Shown piece after piece: positions 35,270 to 43,951 of a DNA stretch of 64,000 nt. The notes beneath the pieces are model-generated. The model had not been told where the DNA came from and made no database searches. It saw nothing but the letters and a program-made list of their open reading frames with translations. The translations under genes were made by a program, and so were the position numbers. Source of the stretch: Ignavibacteria bacterium. GTDB taxonomy: Bacteria; Bacteroidota; Ignavibacteria; Tepidaquicellales; OLB5. The stretch lies in contig JBDTNV010000002.1 in the NCBI GenBank assembly GCA_039933555.1, positions 1,520-65,519 of the forward strand, read 5' to 3'. The first letter of the stretch is position 1. Each line of letters opens with the position of its first letter.

Positions 35270-35731
35270 ATGGCCCCTGATCTAAGCAGAGTAACTAAAA
35301 AATATACCAATGGTGATATAACTGTAGTCTGGAAGCCTGCAAGGTGTATTCATTCCACAAAATGTTTCAACGGGCTGCCCGCGGTGTTTGACCCCACAAA
35401 ACGTCCGTGGATAAATGCGGAAGGCTCTGATACAGAGCATATTATCAGCCAGGTAAACCAATGCCCTTCAACTGCATTAAGCTATTTCAAAAATTCAGAT
35501 GGTGGACAAAAAAAAGATGACCATTCTGAGGCAGAAACTGTAGCGGAAACTGAAACTGTTGTTGAAGCAAAGCCAAACGGACCGTTATTTGTTTATGGAA
35601 ACATTACCGTCAAAACACCGAATGGAAAAATTGAAAAAAGAACAGATGTAACTGCATTTTGCAGGTGCGGCAATTCAAACAATAAACCGTTTTGCGATGG
35701 CTCACATCTAAAAGCAGATTTTAAGGGATAA
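35270..35731 (+). CDS. Fusion of a divergent 4Fe-4S mono-cluster domain and a CDGSH iron-sulfur domain
   Basis: 153 aa. N-terminal ..ITVVWKPARCIHSTKCFNGLPAVFD..WINAEG.. C-terminal ..CRCGNSNNKPFCDGSH.. Confidence 0.7.
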   Translation: MAPDLSRVTKKYTNGDITVVWKPARCIHSTKCFNGLPAVFDPTKRPWINAEGSDTEHIISQVNQCPSTALSYFKNSDGGQKKDDHSEAETVAETETVVEAKPNGPLFVYGNITVKTPNGKIEKRTDVTAFCRCGNSNNKPFCDGSHLKADFKG

Positions 35732-35736
35732 GCAAT

Positions 35737-36042
35737 ATGAAAACTTACGAAACACTTTCTGAAGCACTTGATGATTTAAATAAAAGGGGCTATGTACATA
35801 ACTTCAATATTGAGTGCGATTCAATTGAATGCAAATCACTTTCATTAAAACTGCACCCAAATGAATTTGAAATAACTGAGTTCTACCGCTTCGAAGGTGA
35901 TTCAAATCCGGGTGATGAGGAAGTTGTGTATGCCATAACTTCTGCTGATGGAATTAAAGGCACGCTTGTTGACGCATATGGCGCTTATTCCGGTAAGCTG
36001 ACAGAAGAGCTTCTTCAAAAGCTGAAAATTGACCGCCCGTAG
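35737..36042 (+). CDS. Conserved hypothetical 101-aa protein
   Basis: MKTYETLSEALDDLNKRGYVHNF... No recognised function. Packed tightly in the 34336..37200 gene string. Confidence 0.6.
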   Translation: MKTYETLSEALDDLNKRGYVHNFNIECDSIECKSLSLKLHPNEFEITEFYRFEGDSNPGDEEVVYAITSADGIKGTLVDAYGAYSGKLTEELLQKLKIDRP

Positions 36043-36054
36043 ATATATTCCTTT

Positions 36055-37200
36055 ATGAAAAATATTGAAATTTCTATTGAAGATGCGAGAAATCTAGCTC
36101 TCAGCAGGCAATTGCTGTTCCGGGGCAAAAGCAATTCCCCCAAGAAAAAACTGCTGAATATCATTGAACAATTAGGCTATGTTCAGATTGACACAATTTC
36201 AATTGTCGAGCGTGCGCATAAGCATGTCTTATGGACGCGGCTTCCGGAGTATAAGAATGAGATGCTTGATCAGCTAATCGATAAGGATAAAATGGTTTTC
36301 GAATTCTGGGATCATGCCGCTGCATATATGCCAATGAAACATTTCCGTTTCACTCTGCCAAGAAAAGAAATGTACTCAAAGAAATATAAGCATTGGGCCG
36401 ATAAGAATAAAAAGCTGCTCAAATTTATTCTCGAAAGAATTACTAATGAGGGCCCTTTGCAGTCACGTAATTTTGATGAACCGGCAAAACGGGGAGTGTG
36501 GTGGGACTGGAAGCCTGCCAAGGATGGGCTTGAATTCCTTTTCCACACAGGGAAACTTGTGGCAAAAGCGAGGAAAAATTTTCAGAAAGTATATGAGCTG
36601 CCTGAAAGATTTCTACCTTCAGACCTGAATACTTCCTTCCCGAATGATGAAGAGCTCTCAGAACACCTGATCTTAAAATCCATTAATTCAAACGGATTAT
36701 CATCTGAAAAAGAGCTTACCTATCTTAGACTTCATAACAGAACGTCAACTAAAAATACTCTATACAGGCTGATTGAGGAAAAGAAAATTGTTCCCTTGCA
36801 TGTAAATGGGATTGATGAAGATGTATATTATAGCACAAATAAGAATTTAAACTCACTGGAAAGCTTTGAGCAGGAGAAAAGTGTTCAAATACTTTCGCCG
36901 TTTGATAATATCGTAATCCAGCGGAAAAGGCTTAACACACTCTTCGGGTTTGATTATATAATAGAGTGTTACGTTCCGGCACCGAAAAGAAAATTCGGTT
37001 ATTTCTGTCTTCCGGTAGTTTATGGAAATAGATTTGTTGCCAAAATTGATACAAAAGCTGATAGAAAATCCGGGGAATTCAGGATAATTAATGAATTCCG
37101 GGAAAAAGATTTCAAATCAACAACGGATTTTGAAGAAAAACTTCAAATAAAACTCCTTCAACTGGCCGAATTTTCCGGCTGCAAAACAATAAAAAAGTAA
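36055..37200 (+). CDS. YcaQ/AlkZ-like winged-helix protein (DUF1006; interstrand-crosslink DNA glycosylase family)
   Basis: 381 aa with ..LGYVQIDTISIVERAHKHVLWTRLPEY.. and ..FDYIIECYVPAPKRKFGYF.. Confidence 0.7.
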   Translation: MKNIEISIEDARNLALSRQLLFRGKSNSPKKKLLNIIEQLGYVQIDTISIVERAHKHVLWTRLPEYKNEMLDQLIDKDKMVFEFWDHAAAYMPMKHFRFTLPRKEMYSKKYKHWADKNKKLLKFILERITNEGPLQSRNFDEPAKRGVWWDWKPAKDGLEFLFHTGKLVAKARKNFQKVYELPERFLPSDLNTSFPNDEELSEHLILKSINSNGLSSEKELTYLRLHNRTSTKNTLYRLIEEKKIVPLHVNGIDEDVYYSTNKNLNSLESFEQEKSVQILSPFDNIVIQRKRLNTLFGFDYIIECYVPAPKRKFGYFCLPVVYGNRFVAKIDTKADRKSGEFRIINEFREKDFKSTTDFEEKLQIKLLQLAEFSGCKTIKK

Positions 37201-37328
37201 GAAAAACAATAAGTTTTACAAATATATACCCTGTAGTTACATAATGTTACAGCATCGCGAACCCATTAGTGTTATTTTAGTATTGTATTAATGTAAGATA
37301 ACTAATGGATTTAAATTAAAAGCAGGTC

Positions 37329-39815
37329 ATGAATAAAATATTTAAAAATCTGGCTCTCAAGCTTGTTCTGGTAATTGCAGCTTTCTTTATTATAGTAGCA
37401 ATTGCATCAACCCTGCAAGCGCAGGATAAAACAGGATCAATTACAGGCTCTGTAATTGATAAACAAAGCGGAGCACCAATTGAAGGCGCAGATGTTACAG
37501 TTAACAGAGTGAAAGATTCCACGCTTGTAAAAGGGACAGCAACCGATGCATCAGGAAAATTCACGATCTCAGATGTTCCTTTTGGCAGGTATTACATTAA
37601 GGCAAATTTAGTCGGATACAATTTTTCGATGGTAAGCGGTGTAACAATTAACCCGGAGAATTTAAATGCAGTAATAGAGCCGATAAAGCTTTCAACAGGC
37701 TCAACAACCACAGAAGAAATTGTTGTTGAAAGTGAAAAAAGCCTTATCGAGTTTAAGCCTGATAAGAAAGTATTTAACGTCTCGAAGAATCTGACATCAC
37801 AGGGCGGTATGTTAATAGATCTCCTGAAGGAAATCCCTTCGATTACAGTTGACCAGGATGGTAACGTAAGCTTAAGAGGCGGTGAAGGTGTAAAGATAAT
37901 GATAGACGGAAGACCTTTCGGACTTGATGGACAAAACAGGACAATTATTCTCGAGCAAACACCCGCAAGCGATGTTGAAAGCGTTGAACTGATTACTAAC
38001 CCATCAGCAAAATATGAAGCAGAAGGCTCAACCGGTATTATTAATATAATAATGAAGAAGGATATTGATAAGGGGCTTGGATACAACGGAGCTCTTGGAT
38101 TAAATGCCGGAACTGGTGATAAATATAACGGGCAGTTCAGCTTAACACTTAAAAATAATAAATTTTCAGTTTTTGGAAACTACGGGTATAACTCAAGGAA
38201 CAATACAAATTCAGGATATAGCGACAGGACTTACTATAACAACAGTTCCTTAAGTAGAATTTATGAAAACAGCACAGGACTCGGAAGAGGAAGGTCGCAT
38301 AATGTAAAGTTTGGCCTTGATTATTTTGTTGATAAACAAAATACTATCGGTCTATCTTTGAGCTACAGGAAAAATGAGCGATCAAGGAACAGCACCGGCG
38401 AATATCAGGAATTTGACCTGAGCAATAATGTCTCTACTGATTACTCAAGCAGCAGTATTAGCAGTGATAAGGGAACTAGCCTTGATATAAACGGTAACTA
38501 TATGCTGCGTTTTAAAAAACCTCAGCAGGTGTTAACTGCAGATGTATCATATTCACAGGATATTGATGATGACATAAATAATTCTTCAAATACTTATTTT
38601 ATGCCGCAAAATACTCAGCCTCCATTGAGAAATGAATTTTCTAAGGAAAAGAATTATTCATTCCAGGGCCAGGTGGATTATGTTCAGCCTTTCACCAAGG
38701 AATCTAGGCTTGAAGCAGGTTATAAGGGCAGCTATAACCAGCGTGATGATGATTACAGGATAGAAAATTTCGACTACACTCAGAACCAGTATATTACAGA
38801 TCCCGGCCAGTCAAATGATTTTCTTTACAAACAGCAGGTACATGGGCTGTACGGAATTTATATCAACCAGCTGGGTGATTTTGGGTTTTCACTCGGCGGA
38901 AGAGTTGAGCAGACTTTCATGAAAGGCAGCCTGACTAATTCAGGGCAGAACTTTGACAGGAATTATATCAATTTTTTCCCAAGCGCAAGCCTATCACAAA
39001 AGCTTTCCTCAACAAGCGAAATACAGGCAAGCTACTCAAGAAGAATTAACCGCCCGAGAATGGGACAGCTAAATCCGTTCCGCTCAACATCAATGGGAAG
39101 CACAACCAATTATTCAGAAGGTAACCCGAATCTTAATCCTGAGTTCACCGATTCATATGAACTGAGCTTCATAAAATACCTGAAGTGGGCAACAATTACA
39201 CCAAGCGTTTTCTATAGATATACTAAAGATGAGATTTCAAGATCACGTACACTGCTTGATAGTGTCTCAACTTTGACAACATTTGTGAATTACAATAATT
39301 CCAGAACATACGGCGGTGAGCTTATTATGAATTTAACTCCTGCCAAATTTGTTTCTTTTAACACAACTTTAAGCTACTATAGAAGCGAAGTTGATGCTTC
39401 TAACCTGGGAACGGGTTTCAGTAATAATGGTGATTCATGGTCAGCAAGGGCAATGGCTAATTTTATGCTGCCAGCTGATTTTAATGTTCAGTCATCTTAC
39501 TTTTACTCAGGCAAAAGAATTTCTGCTCAGGGTACGTTTGAGCCTATACAAATGCTCGATCTTGCAGTAAAGAAGGATTTCTTTGATAAAAAGCTAAGTG
39601 TAACAGCAAGAGTAAGCGATCTGCTTAACCAGGCTAAATTCAGGTTCAGCATATTTGACCCTGATTTCTCCGAAATATCAGAACGCTTCCGTGATTCAAG
39701 AACCTTCTTTCTCGGCATCACATATAATTTTGGTCAGCAGGATAAGAAGCAGAACAAGAAGAAAAAAGGAAATGAAAATAACGAAGGTAATGATGATGAC
39801 GGTTATGGCTTCTAA
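37329..39815 (+). CDS. Outer-membrane beta-barrel / TonB-dependent-receptor-like protein with an N-terminal carboxypeptidase-regulatory-like domain
   Basis: 828 aa with a signal peptide, ..GSITGSVIDKQSGAPIEGADVTV.., a plug-like ..IPSITVDQDGNVSLRGGEGVKIMIDGRP.. and a terminal aromatic ..GYGF. Confidence 0.8.
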   Translation: MNKIFKNLALKLVLVIAAFFIIVAIASTLQAQDKTGSITGSVIDKQSGAPIEGADVTVNRVKDSTLVKGTATDASGKFTISDVPFGRYYIKANLVGYNFSMVSGVTINPENLNAVIEPIKLSTGSTTTEEIVVESEKSLIEFKPDKKVFNVSKNLTSQGGMLIDLLKEIPSITVDQDGNVSLRGGEGVKIMIDGRPFGLDGQNRTIILEQTPASDVESVELITNPSAKYEAEGSTGIINIIMKKDIDKGLGYNGALGLNAGTGDKYNGQFSLTLKNNKFSVFGNYGYNSRNNTNSGYSDRTYYNNSSLSRIYENSTGLGRGRSHNVKFGLDYFVDKQNTIGLSLSYRKNERSRNSTGEYQEFDLSNNVSTDYSSSSISSDKGTSLDINGNYMLRFKKPQQVLTADVSYSQDIDDDINNSSNTYFMPQNTQPPLRNEFSKEKNYSFQGQVDYVQPFTKESRLEAGYKGSYNQRDDDYRIENFDYTQNQYITDPGQSNDFLYKQQVHGLYGIYINQLGDFGFSLGGRVEQTFMKGSLTNSGQNFDRNYINFFPSASLSQKLSSTSEIQASYSRRINRPRMGQLNPFRSTSMGSTTNYSEGNPNLNPEFTDSYELSFIKYLKWATITPSVFYRYTKDEISRSRTLLDSVSTLTTFVNYNNSRTYGGELIMNLTPAKFVSFNTTLSYYRSEVDASNLGTGFSNNGDSWSARAMANFMLPADFNVQSSYFYSGKRISAQGTFEPIQMLDLAVKKDFFDKKLSVTARVSDLLNQAKFRFSIFDPDFSEISERFRDSRTFFLGITYNFGQQDKKQNKKKKGNENNEGNDDDGYGF

Positions 39816-39842
39816 ACAATTTTAAATTGTATTGAATAAAAG

Positions 39843-39878
39843 AAGCTGAGCATTAAAAGTGTTCAGCTTTTTCTTTTT
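39843..39878 (+). terminator. Intrinsic terminator
   Basis: AAGCTGAGCAT-loop-GTGTTCAGCTT (with G-U pairs) followed by TTTTCTTTTT. Confidence 0.65.
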
Positions 39879-39943
39879 CGCCGCATTATATCAAAATATC
39901 CTTTTCCTTCAATTATTCCATTTCATTAGTCATAACAATGCTT

Positions 39944-39951
39944 TATTTTTG
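39944..39951 (+). promoter_or_regulatory. TAnnTTTG -7 box upstream of lysA
   Basis: TATTTTTG, 33 nt upstream of ATG 39985. Confidence 0.4.
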
Positions 39952-39984
39952 CAGTTAAATTAAGTATGAAATAATTATAACTGT

Positions 39985-41262
39985 ATGAACCATTTTTATT
40001 TTAAAGATAACAATTTATACGCAGAAAATTTCCTTGTAGAAGATCTTGCAAAAGAATTCGGAACTCCATTATACATTTACAGCAAGAATCAGATATTACG
40101 GAATTACCGTGAAATTAATCAGCCTTTGGTTAATTCAAAGCTTGATTTCATCAACTGCTATGCAATTAAGGCAAACTCAAACCCTGAAATTCTGAAGCTT
40201 CTTGCTGAAGAAGGAGCAGGAGCAGAAATTGCTTCAGGCGGCGAGCTTTACCTTGCGCTTAAATTCGGTTATCTAAGGAATAAAATTACTTTCACAGGTG
40301 TTGGCAAGACTGATGAAGAAATTGAATATGCGCTGAGAGAAAATATTTTCAATTTTACTGTAGAATCTCTGCAGGAAATCCAGGTTATCTCAGGAATCGC
40401 ACACAGGCTTGGTGTAATTGCAAGAATATCTATCAGGGTAAATCCGGATATAGATGCCAAGACACATCCTTACATAACTACGGGAATGAAGGAAAATAAG
40501 TTCGGAATTGACAGCAAAGATATTATGGAAGTATTTAAGACTGCAAATGAGCTGCCAAATATTGATGTCATTGGAATTCATTCACATATAGGTTCGCAGA
40601 TCACGGAAGTAAATCCGTACATTGAAGCGGTAAAATATCTTGGTGAACTGATAGAAAAAGTTGAAAAAGTCGGTATAAATATCCGCTACATAAATTTTGG
40701 AGGCGGATTCGGCGTTCAGTACAAAAATATTTTAACCCACAGGTACATACCGACAGAAGATGATGATACAACAAGATACTCCCCTCTTGGCGAGCATGTT
40801 GAATCGGTAATAAAAATGCTCTCATCTTATAATAAAAAACTTATTATAGAGCCGGGCAGGTCACTTGTCGCAAATGCTGGAATACTCACAGGCAAAGTTC
40901 TATATACAAAACAGGGTGAGCTTAAAAAATTTATAATTACCGATACCGGCATGAATGACCTGATGAGGCCGTGTCTTTACCAGGCATATCACCAGGTAGT
41001 CCCATTAACATTGAAAGATACAGGTTTTGAAACTGTAGATATAGTTGGACCGGTTTGCGAAACATCTGATTTCCTCGCGACAAAGCGCAGCATACAGAAG
41101 ATGGAGCGCGGTGACCGCTTTGCAGTAATGACAACAGGCGCTTATGGTTATTCACTTTCATCTAACTATAATGCAAGGCTCCGCCCCGCAGAAGTTCTGG
41201 TTGACGGTGATAAGCATTACCTTATCAGGGAAAGAGAAAAAGTTGAAGAACTGCATTATTAA
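39985..41262 (+). CDS. lysA: Diaminopimelate decarboxylase
   Basis: 425 aa with ..LAKEFGTPLYIYS.., ..CYAIKANSNPEILKLL.., ..HSHIGSQI.. and ..EPGRSLVANAG.. Confidence 0.9.
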   Translation: MNHFYFKDNNLYAENFLVEDLAKEFGTPLYIYSKNQILRNYREINQPLVNSKLDFINCYAIKANSNPEILKLLAEEGAGAEIASGGELYLALKFGYLRNKITFTGVGKTDEEIEYALRENIFNFTVESLQEIQVISGIAHRLGVIARISIRVNPDIDAKTHPYITTGMKENKFGIDSKDIMEVFKTANELPNIDVIGIHSHIGSQITEVNPYIEAVKYLGELIEKVEKVGINIRYINFGGGFGVQYKNILTHRYIPTEDDDTTRYSPLGEHVESVIKMLSSYNKKLIIEPGRSLVANAGILTGKVLYTKQGELKKFIITDTGMNDLMRPCLYQAYHQVVPLTLKDTGFETVDIVGPVCETSDFLATKRSIQKMERGDRFAVMTTGAYGYSLSSNYNARLRPAEVLVDGDKHYLIREREKVEELHY

Positions 41263-41263
41263 T

Positions 41264-41302
41264 CATATCCTGAACGAAGCGCAGCGTAGTGAAGGATCCA
41301 AT
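41264..41302 (+). repeat. Stop-codon-proximal repeat, type R1, copy b
   Basis: CATATCCTGAACGAAGCGCAGCGTAGTGAAGGATCCAAT, starting 2 nt after the lysA stop. Confidence 0.6.
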
Positions 41303-41317
41303 AAAAAAGCTAAGTAT

Positions 41318-41361
41318 GGATTCTTCCTGCCTGAACTACCGTTACGGCATATGCTCAGAAT
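41318..41361 (-). repeat. Type R1 repeat, copy d, inverted relative to copy b and overlapping the peptidase start codon
   Basis: Minus strand ATTCTGAGCATATGCCGTAACGGTAGTTCAGGCAGGAAGAATCC. Its arms are complementary to the arms of copy b, 15 nt away. Confidence 0.5.
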
Positions 41362-43492
41362 AACAACCTTATTTGTTATAATATTTTCCACAAACATTTT
41401 CTCACAGGATATCACCCTCGATTACATTTTCCAGGATACAAATATCGTAAATCCGCGCCCTTCATTAAAATATATCAATCCGGCTTCAAAGAAAATCTAT
41501 TACTATGCCGATGATGATTACGACGGCATGCTAAGCCTGTTTGATATGGACTATAAATCAGGTGATAACTACAAATATTCCGATAGCGGTGAAAGCGCAT
41601 CAGAATTTGTAATAATGCCAAATGGAAATGCCGTTACAATTGTTAAAGGAGATGTTTACATTACAAAAGATTTTGTTAATTCACGGGATTACACAAAAGA
41701 TATCAGGCTGACAGAAACCGATAAGTATGAATATTCCCCGGAGGTAGTTGGCAATTATGCAATTTACAGGCGCGGCGGAAATTATTTCATAAGAAAATTT
41801 GACAGCCTAAAGGCAGTTTCAAATGAACTCCCATTAACTGAAGATGAATCTGACTCTTTATCTTACCAGATAATTGATATTACAGATAAATTCAAAGGTG
41901 ACCAAAAAACTGAATTAAGATTATTTGTTGTTAAATATAATAATTCTTCAAAATTACCGCTCGTATTCCCTGATTATAATGGCAAATTTGTAAAAGCAGA
42001 AACAAAAAAGCGCGGAATTTCAAAAGTTAATATGTATGAGTATATCATTAACTCATCGGGCAAAGATTCAATCTATAAAACTGAAACTGAATTCTCATAT
42101 CCGGGTACTGAAAGATATTCAACTTCATTTGGCGAATACTCCCCAGACGGCAAAAAGCTTTTGCTTGATATTGAAACGCTTGACAGACATTCAAGAAAAT
42201 TGTTCATGTACGATGTTGTTTCAAAAGATATGAGGGAAATATATTCTGAGTCAGACCCTGCATGGTTTGAACGGCACTCAAACCAAACCATGTTCATAGA
42301 TAGTGAATATGTAATGTTCGAATCAGAAATATCAGGTTATAATAATCTTTATAAGATAAAAACAGATGGTTCAGGGTTAACCGCTGTTGCCGGCGGTCCT
42401 TTCACTATATTATCCTCAGTCGTTAACAGGCAAAAAGGGATTGTGTATTTTGTGGCAAATACTGAAGTACCTTATGATTACAATATATATTCGGCGGATC
42501 TTTCCAGCGGAAGTGTGATACAATTAACTAAAGAACATGGTGATATCGAAGACCTGAGGATTTCTTCGGACGGTAATTACCTGTTCTATTCACATTCATT
42601 TATCAATAAACCTAATGAGCTGTATTCATACAATCTTCCTACAGGCGAAACGAAACAGTTAACCAGTACTATCTCTCCAAAATTTTCAGCAATTGAGTGG
42701 AAAATGCCTGAGGTAATTACCTTTAATAATGAAGAAGACGGACAGCTTTTATACGGATTTGTTTACAAACCAAAGAACTTTAATCCTAAGAAAAAATATC
42801 CGCTGATATGTTTTGTTCACGGGGCAGGTTACTTGCAGAATGTTACTAACGGTTTTTCACCTTACCGCGATAATTTTATGGTAGATACGTATCTGACAGA
42901 AAAAGACTTTATAATACTTGATATTGATTACCGCGGCAGCATGGGCTATGGCAAGGAATTCCGCAACAAAACATACCGCAATCTTGGGTATTGGGAAGTC
43001 TCCGATTATATCAGCGGAGTAAATCACCTGGATAACCTTGGATTTATCGATAAGAATAATGTTGGAATGTACGGGGGAAGTTACGGCGGCTTTACAACGC
43101 TAATGGCATTATTCCGCCACCCGGAAATGTTTAAGGCTGGTGTATCGCTCAGGGCAGTATCAGACTGGAAGAATTATTTCTACAGTAACAGGTGGTTCAC
43201 TTTGGGCAGGCTTGGTGATCTTGACAGCAGTGATATTGCCGGTTATTACGAGCTATCTTCCCCTATTACATATGCGGAAAACCTGCAGGGTCATTTACTC
43301 ATGACACATGGCATGCTGGATGATAATGTTTTCTTTCAGGATATGGTTCAGCTTACACAAAAGCTCATTGATAACAAAAAAGATTTTGAAGTTATGATAT
43401 ACCCGAAGGAAAATCACGGCTTCTATAGACAAACAAGCTGGCTTGACCAGTACAAACGCATCACCGGCTGGTTTGAGAAATATTTGAAGTAG
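41351..43492 (+). CDS. S9 family serine peptidase (dipeptidyl-peptidase IV / prolyl oligopeptidase-like)
   Basis: The track ORF starts at 41144 but overlaps lysA and reads through a repeat. Met 41351 gives the signal peptide MLRITTLFVIIFSTNIFSQ. Catalytic motifs ..GGSYGGFTT.. and ..HGMLDDNVFFQD.. are present. Confidence 0.85.
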   Translation: MLRITTLFVIIFSTNIFSQDITLDYIFQDTNIVNPRPSLKYINPASKKIYYYADDDYDGMLSLFDMDYKSGDNYKYSDSGESASEFVIMPNGNAVTIVKGDVYITKDFVNSRDYTKDIRLTETDKYEYSPEVVGNYAIYRRGGNYFIRKFDSLKAVSNELPLTEDESDSLSYQIIDITDKFKGDQKTELRLFVVKYNNSSKLPLVFPDYNGKFVKAETKKRGISKVNMYEYIINSSGKDSIYKTETEFSYPGTERYSTSFGEYSPDGKKLLLDIETLDRHSRKLFMYDVVSKDMREIYSESDPAWFERHSNQTMFIDSEYVMFESEISGYNNLYKIKTDGSGLTAVAGGPFTILSSVVNRQKGIVYFVANTEVPYDYNIYSADLSSGSVIQLTKEHGDIEDLRISSDGNYLFYSHSFINKPNELYSYNLPTGETKQLTSTISPKFSAIEWKMPEVITFNNEEDGQLLYGFVYKPKNFNPKKKYPLICFVHGAGYLQNVTNGFSPYRDNFMVDTYLTEKDFIILDIDYRGSMGYGKEFRNKTYRNLGYWEVSDYISGVNHLDNLGFIDKNNVGMYGGSYGGFTTLMALFRHPEMFKAGVSLRAVSDWKNYFYSNRWFTLGRLGDLDSSDIAGYYELSSPITYAENLQGHLLMTHGMLDDNVFFQDMVQLTQKLIDNKKDFEVMIYPKENHGFYRQTSWLDQYKRITGWFEKYLK

Positions 43493-43498
43493 CATGTC

Positions 43499-43525
43499 AT
43501 ACCTGCGAAGGCAGGTATCCAGACC
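43499..43525 (+). repeat. Stop-codon-proximal hairpin repeat, type R2, copy b
   Basis: ATACCTGC-GAAG-GCAGGTAT followed by CCAGACC. Starts 6 nt after the stop at 43492. Stem differences from copy a are compensatory. Confidence 0.6.
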
Positions 43526-43951
43526 TGTAATATAAACAGATCTAAGATGTGCGAAACGATGGATATGCAGATACTTATAAAAAACGTTTTCACCACTAAG
43601 GCAACTTTCAAAAAGCGAAAGTCACGCTCAGAACACTAAGAAATTTAATTAGAACCATAAATCTTAAGCATTATGTAGTATATAAACGGAAACCTCATCC
43701 ATTACTTTATTAAACTAACTTTTCTTCTTTGAGTCTTTGTGCCTTTGCGGCTAATTTGTGTTTTGCTGTTAATAGTTGTTATTTCATCTTTCCCACCTCA
43801 AAATAAATCATTATATTTACGAAACCATTTAAGGTTTTTAAGCGTCTTAAAGATATACGCTCCCTCAGAGTATATCTATCCGGTGGGTGTAATAAATTTC
43901 CTAAAGTCTAATCTAAATATTTAGTCAAAATAACAACAAAACTCTAAAAAA

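Noticed and set aside
39881-39984. Lysine riboswitch (L-box) upstream of lysA
   Set aside because: The leader is only ~100 nt, is AT-rich, and lacks any of the conserved L-box helices. Only a -7 promoter box is evident.
41144-41350. N-terminal 69 codons of track ORF 41144..43492
   Set aside because: This part overlaps the 3' end of lysA in another frame and reads through the R1 intergenic repeat (..ILNEAQRSEGSNKK..). The Met at 41351 gives a normal signal peptide, so the extension is an artefact.
43423-43611. 62-aa minus-strand ORF containing ..WIPAFAGMT..
   Set aside because: The peptide motif is simply the translation of the R2 hairpin repeat, and it overlaps the end of the peptidase gene. 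It is not a gene.
43590-43752. Imperfect inverted repeat CCACTAAGGCA / TGCCTTTGCGG flanking ~125 nt, considered as a possible MITE
   Set aside because: Only about 10 of 13 core positions match and similarity decays immediately outside. I treat it as degenerate repeat debris rather than a defined element.
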